Below are positions 57,925 through 64,000 of a stretch of 64,000 bases of DNA, in pieces (position 1 is the stretch's first letter; each line of letters opens with the position of its first letter). This stretch comes from the human T2T-CHM13v2.0 reference genome, Homo sapiens. The notes beneath the pieces are model-generated. The model ran no database searches, was not told the origin of the DNA, and worked only from the letters and a program-made list of their open reading frames with translations. The stretch is taken from NCBI RefSeq assembly GCF_009914755.1, contig NC_060942.1. One strand, written 5' to 3'. Both the position numbers and the translations under genes were made by a program.

Positions 57925-58465
57925 TGTGGTGCTCATTTGCCTCAGGACCAAAATCTGCCCTTCTGCACCCTGTGCATTTTTAAAATAATGAGTCTTTGCA
58001 AATATCTCTTCTAGTCATCTTTGTCAGCTGTAATCTGGCTAGTTCCTTCCAATAGGAGGCACTAGCAGGTGATTACAGATCAGAGGAACTTCTGCCTTCT
58101 GGAGGCATCTCTCCATCAAAGCCTGTCAGCGCTCACAGCACAGAGCCTTGTTCTCAGTCCTCAGACCAACATAACACCTAGGGCTTCCCAGCATCCCCCA
58201 CAGTCCAGGGAACCAGGTACTGTTCACACTGTGTTGATTCTTCCAGCCCCAGTGGGGAGATGCCCCAACCCTCACTGGGAAACACAGGCTCAGCTTATGA
58301 CTCATGGGAGTTTCTCCATTTCTGACAAATAGCTTGCTCCTCCTCCTTTCCTCCTGAGGAACACTACCTCTCTTTTCATCCCCAGCATATCTAACACCTT
58401 AACGAGAATTCCCTATATTAAATCTCCGTAGGCTCTGTTCTCTTGTGCAGACCCTTAGTGATACA
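57925..58465 (+). mobile_element. ERVL LTR, LTR33-like
   Basis: TGT...ACA termini; 'ccaataggaggcactagcagg' motif; 3' 'attaaatctc...ctctgttctc...gacccttagtgataca'. Confidence 0.7.
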
Positions 58466-58794
58466 ATCCCCTAGAGAATGCAGTGACAGTTACTTTTGAA
58501 CATAATTCAGGCAATGTTTAAATTATTCATGGGTACGGCCTTTATGAGAGGAAAAATCACAATTCCTAATAATCTGGCATAAAAACACTTACAAAGATTG
58601 TTTTGGTAAAATAAGTTAATAATCCGGTCTCAGAAAATGCATGACAAAGTCACACCTAAAAGGAAGTTGAAGTTTAAAAAAAACACACCATATATCTCAT
58701 AATTTTATCTATAGGAAGTACAATATTGTCAGTAAAGTTTCAATATAAGAAAGTAATATTCACACATTCCTTTTAATCTTTTCTTATGCTTAGA

Positions 58795-59240
58795 CAACAA
58801 ATCAGTCAACAAATAACTACTAGCATTAATACCACATCAATCACTGTTCTAGAAGACAAGTTTCTGGCCTCTGTAGCTTACATTCTAGCTGGGAAGCCAG
58901 GTAATAACATTTAAGGCAATGGTAGAGTGATAATTTTAAATAGTGATGAATGTTATGAAGGAAATAAAATAAAATATAAATAAAATAGTAAATAAACTAG
59001 GATAATATGATTTAAAAAATGGCTCCTTTTGAAAAGGTTGACATTTTAGCTCAATCCAGAAGGTCAGGGTGAAGAGGGAGTGGTGGTTTCCATTGAAAGT
59101 GTGGCAAAGGAACTAAACTGGGAATGTTTGGAATATGTTTTGTAAGTAGTGAATACAGTCTATTATATCAATGTGACAGTAACAGTCAATATGAGAATTT
59201 TGGCCTAAGCAACTCTATGAATGAAGGTGTCATTTAAGAA
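58795..59240 (-). mobile_element. L2 remnant
   Basis: 'tcagtcaacaaataactact...cactgttctag...agcttacattctag'. Confidence 0.65.
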
Positions 59241-60509
59241 TTTTTTGGTTTCTAGATAATTTGGCAAATAATAAAGACTTGAATTATATGTTACAGAATA
59301 GAAATCTTACATGTGGATTCTAGGCTTCCATGATATTTTGGAGAAAACTTTATGTAGAGAAAAGAAAGTAATAGGCTAAACACAGGGACAAAAAATAAAT
59401 TTAAAACATTCTATCAAATTTTATATTTTGGGGTTATACTTACTTCTGAATAGCCTGAGAAACAGGGATCGCCTTTTGTACAACTATACTCTCTCCTCTT
59501 TTCCAAGTCTGTAGTTAGCCTATCTATGTGTATCTTTCGCTGACACTGTCCATATACCACAAAACATCTTCTGAGGGACAATTTACATAACATTTTTTGA
59601 GTCTTTACTATATAGAGAAAAACTCAAAATTTTCTTCAAGTCCTTGGGGTGGAAAATAATTGTGATATATATACTACTGTTCAAAACAAAGAATATGCAA
59701 ATGTATAATAGTTGAAGGTATTTATTTTGTAGTGTTAGGTAATGTAGGGAAAATAAAGTCCCTTTATAAGTATCTAAAATTTTCCATCTCTGAATTTCTA
59801 TCTATGATGTATTGTATGTGTGTATATTATAAATAATCACTAATAACTGTTCTATTGTATACTAATCAATAGTCTTGATGCCACTTAGATATCAATATTT
59901 TATTCACGGAAATAACAGATATATTTTTCTGCTAATAGGTGAACCTAACCTGAGAAATTAAATATGAAGCTAAGATATCAGCCCGACTCATGAATAATTT
60001 ATCATTCCTGTTTTACTAATTGTGAAATGAATATATTTAGGTCAAAGATTTACCTGACATTCCTGTGGAATTTTGCATCCTCTGGTCTTTTTTATTCATT
60101 ATTGAAGCTTTATGTTTTTCTGGAGATTTTGCCTAAATCAGCTCTTGGTGGAATTTGCTTGCAGTTCATTATGACATCTGGGTAACATAATAAAAAAAAG
60201 CAAAGTTTTGAAATAATAGCTTTGTTTGCATCTTGCATGCATTCTTGATATCATGGGACCCTTTTGGACACATTAGAATCCCAAGATACTGAAAACTTAT
60301 GCAAGAAATCAGTTGCTAATGGATAATTTATTAACTCCCTTTTTGTTCTTAAAAGCATGACATTGTAAATTGTTCTACATGGGATCTTTTTAAGAGATTT
60401 CATTAATCATGTGGTTTAGATAAGCATTGCTATAAAATTTGTAATTTTCACAAATGTAATTAAATCAGAGATCTTTGATTATTAATTTACATATTTTTAC
60501 CCTGTACAT

Positions 60510-61495
60510 ATTAGATATCAACACTTGGGAATATCAGTGCTAAATTAAAAAAAAGTCACTATTATTATAGAGCCATATGGCTTAGGGAGAAAAGATACAG
60601 AAAATAAACTAGTTAATTATGTCAAGTGATTTTGGAGCCATAAGTGCTATGGCAAAAGTGACATAGGGTAATGGGACTGAGGCTACCATGGTCTATATGT
60701 TTGTGTCCCTCCAACATTTATGTTTTAAAATCCTAACCTTCAAGATAATGGTATTAGGAGGTGGAGACTGGGGAAGTAATAAGCTCATGAGTGGGAAGCC
60801 CTCAAGAATGAGATTTGTGCCCTGGACAACTCCTGTGCACCACACGAGGACACAAAGAGAAGACACCATGTGAAAACCAGGATGCAAACCTTCCCAGACT
60901 CTGAGTCAGCTGGCTCCTTGATTTTCGACTTCCCAGCCTCCAGACCTGTGAGATGTAAATTTCTGGTGTTTGTAAGCCACTCATTTTTATGACATTTTGC
61001 CACATAAGCCCAAAAAGAACTAAAACTTGGGACTTGGATTGGCATGATGGTAAATTTGGAGAATCTGAAAAGAAAAATCTTTTCTGAGTAGATAGTATTT
61101 TAGGTGTGAAAAGGAATATTAAAACGCAGCAATGTGGCAATCTGGAGAAAGAATATTCTGGATGGTGAGAAAAGCAAGGAGAAAGGTCACCAGAAGAAAA
61201 TGAGCGTTGTCTGCTTCAGAGAGAGATAGAAGCCTGGCATGGTAGGCACACAGGACGTGAAGAGAAAAGGAGAAGCTGCCAAGATTTTCTAGGTCATGGT
61301 TACACTTTGCATTTTATTCAGGTTTAATAGAAAATGCATTGGTGTGTTCGAAGCAGTGTGGCTGTCGAATTCATTTTACATTTTACACTTATTACATTAT
61401 GCATAATACAGAGAGGAGGACTTGAGAAAAACAAGAGTAAAACCAGGAAAAATGGTTGAGAGATGATGGCAGTAGTTCAGATGATACTTAAGATA
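60510..61495 (-). mobile_element. L2 remnant interrupted by MLT1A
   Basis: 'taagtgctatggcaaaa' ... 'gaatattctggatgg...agcaagg...aaatgcattggtgtgttcgaagcag'. Confidence 0.55.
60684..61027 (+). mobile_element. MLT1A-type MaLR LTR
   Basis: 'atggtctatatgtttgtgtccctcc...gtattaggaggtggag...gacttcccagcctccagacctgtgag'. Confidence 0.9.
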
Positions 61496-62063
61496 AGTGA
61501 AATACAGTATTTAAGAAATAACATCTCCAGAAACTTAATGGTACATATACAATAGGGTGTCTAAACCACGTAAAATTATGATTATGGCCCCTCCGTCTTT
61601 CTCTCTCTCATATCATGGTATGTTCTGATTAATACATATCTCCTTTATCACTTTTTTTTTAGCTTCAAATATTCCTCCTCTAAAAAGTTCTTGCCCTCAC
61701 TAGGACCAGCTACCTCATGTCTTTGTGATTACAGATTGTTTTAAAATTTATCTGGCCTAATATTCGGTTAGTACATTCTAATTTAGTCTATGGGTGTTAT
61801 AGTTCATCACTTGAGACAGAGCATAATTGGGTAGCAATAACTCAGACACTCACCCCAGTCTAAAGGGTTCTAAAGAAGAAAAATCCCCATAGTCTAAATA
61901 TTAAAACCTAAGACACACACTATACCAGGAGTAATCGAATTCTTCTGTATTAGAAGTTCCAGACCTTAGCAAATATCCCTAATGCAAATATTGCAGAGTA
62001 AAATGACTGTCAAAGTTACTGATGAGGCATTTCCGATCATAGCTTTAGCTCTGAATATGTTAG

Positions 62064-62285
62064 TGTATTAGATATCTATTGGTACCATAATAAATTGTCA
62101 CTAATTTTGTGGATTGAAACAACACCCCTTTATTACCTTACCATTCTCTGTCAAAGGTCTAGCACAATATTGTTGGTTCACAAAATCAAGGTGTGGGCAG
62201 GGCTAAGAATCTTTCCTGGGATTCAGGGGATAAATCTACTTCGAAGCTCCTTCAGGTTGTTGTCAGAATTCATTTCCATGCTATA
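62064..62285 (-). mobile_element. MLT1 (D/E-like) LTR fragment
   Basis: 'tgtattag...aaatcaaggtgtgggcagggct...caggttgttgtcagaattcatttcc'. Confidence 0.8.
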
Positions 62286-62294
62286 AACATGAAA

Positions 62295-62476
62295 GTGCCT
62301 AAGTTTCATTTATGCGAGATGGATAAGCAATAGAGACATGCTGTACAACATTGTGTCTATAGCTAATACTCTTACATTTGTACAAATGCACTTACGTTTA
62401 TTTTAAGTACATTATAACTAATGCATTTACAAATTTGTTAGAAGAGTATTTATCGTATTAAGTGTTTTTACTACAA
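62295..62476 (+). mobile_element. L1M 3'UTR fragment
   Basis: 'agagacatgctgtacaacattgtgtctatagctaatact...ttaagtgtttttactacaa'. Confidence 0.7.
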
Positions 62477-62489
62477 CTTTTGAAAGTTC

Positions 62490-62659
62490 GTTTCCTTCCT
62501 TATTTCTTTTCTTCCCTCCTTGTCTCCCTTCTTTCCTTTTTTCTTCCTTCTTTTCCTCCCTCCTTCTTTACTTTCTTCCTTCATTCTCTGCTTCTTTCCT
62601 TCCATTCTTTTCTCCCTCCTTCATTCCTTCCCTCCCTCCATCTTCTATTCCTTCCTTTC
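62490..62659. repeat. (TTCC)n-like low-complexity tract
   Basis: Seen directly. Confidence 0.92.
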
Positions 62660-63529
62660 AGTTTGCTATCCCAAGCACAAAGAACAATTTAAGCTTACAA
62701 AATTGATTAATATACACCCTGAATAAATTTATGTCAAGTTCCTTCCTGTAATATAATCTTGTTTTTCTACAACTGAAAAATGAGTCTTGAAGGAAAGTAA
62801 ACTAAAAGCTGAAAAAGCACAATTTCTATTTTTACTTTGAGGTATAAATTGCCTTTGTCATTTTAAAATATGCCAAGTTAAATATTATGATAAATGCATA
62901 GGCTTTTCAGACACATATTTTAAAACATATTTAAGTATGTAAGTTTTCCCAACATGCTAAGTAGAACCAAATAGCAGCCAAATTCCAAGTACACGATTAC
63001 AGCTGAATGTAGAAAGCTGTGAAGAATTTAGTAACGTATAGAAAACCCGGTCCTCAGTTTAGCCAAATACTCTAATTTGGAAGTGCTAAATCTGATGTAA
63101 TTCCAAACCTTTGCTAAAAGAGACCAAGACATGACATGAGACAAAGCTATCTTTGGTCTTCTACAGTTTATGCAAAGTCAAAAATTTTTTCTATCTGCAA
63201 ATTTAATTTCCATAGCTTGATAAACTCATGTCTACCTAATACGTATTTTCATCAAGATAGTTACTTTGATTTAAGGTAATATATTTTACCCTAGGTTTAT
63301 TTATTATTAAGCATTTAAAATTGTGTTTTAAAAATCTGTGGCACTAGTTTCACTAGAATTTTATTGATTCTGTTATTCTATTAGTCAAGATGCAGGTATT
63401 TGAGTGATTGCCTCAATCTTATCTCTACTATTCGCCCTTTATTTTATCATGAAATTTTGCAGCAAAATGGATTGTCTGCAACACCAATACTATGGCAGAA
63501 ATATAAAATTCATAAACCCTCTTAAATTA

Positions 63530-63608
63530 GGAAAAGAAAAGGAAAAGAGGAAGGAAGAGGGGAAGAAAAAAAGGAGAACAAGAAGAGGAAGGAGAAGTAG
63601 AAAAAAAT
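63530..63608. repeat. GA-rich low-complexity tract
   Basis: Seen directly. Confidence 0.85.
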
Positions 63609-63740
63609 AACACATAGGCATCATGGATGGCATTCTGTGTACGATGTATATGAAAGGACTTGTTTCTTTGTATGTGTGAAAGGACTTGCTTCCTAGCTCA
63701 TACTACAATTGCAATGGTTTTTTGAGGAAAAAACTAACTA

Positions 63741-63776
63741 ATAGATTAAACATAGAGTATAGATTAAACATAGAGT
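63741..63776. repeat. Perfect 18-bp tandem duplication
   Basis: ATAGATTAAACATAGAGT x2. Confidence 0.95.
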
Positions 63777-64000
63777 GTAAAATAGTGAGATGGAAAGATA
63801 ACATTATAGACATACATATAATTATAGGGGAAAATGCCAAATAGATAATATAGTATTTTCCACCTCTGAAATATATTTATATCTCTGAGATGGACACACA
63901 TGTTCAGTTTTATGTAAAGGAAACACAGGATATTTAATAACAGTTTTGACTTAACAAGAAAATGAGAATGAATGTCATTCCCCAGGTGTCATTCTGGCTG

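Overview
AT-rich primate (human-like) genomic DNA that reads as gene desert or deep intron. It is dominated by interspersed repeats: L1 of many ages, Alu, MaLR (THE1/MLT1), ERVL (MLT2, LTR33-like), an ERV1 LTR, L2, MIR, MER20 and Hsmar1/MADE1. I can support no cellular protein-coding gene. The supplied ORFs are L1 ORF1/ORF2 remnants, Alu/LTR read-through or low-complexity artefacts. I found no evidence of a new biological system. The best observations are structural: a tailless 35-nt U2 snRNA retropseudogene with a perfect TSD; two THE1 LTRs fused head-to-head by a deletion; a locally templated inverted duplication inside an L1; an L1-within-L1 chimera lacking TPRT hallmarks; a 113-bp monomer array in an L1 5'UTR; and several small duplications. 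All family and subfamily calls come from recalled consensus sequences, not a database search. Boundaries of old repeats are approximate.
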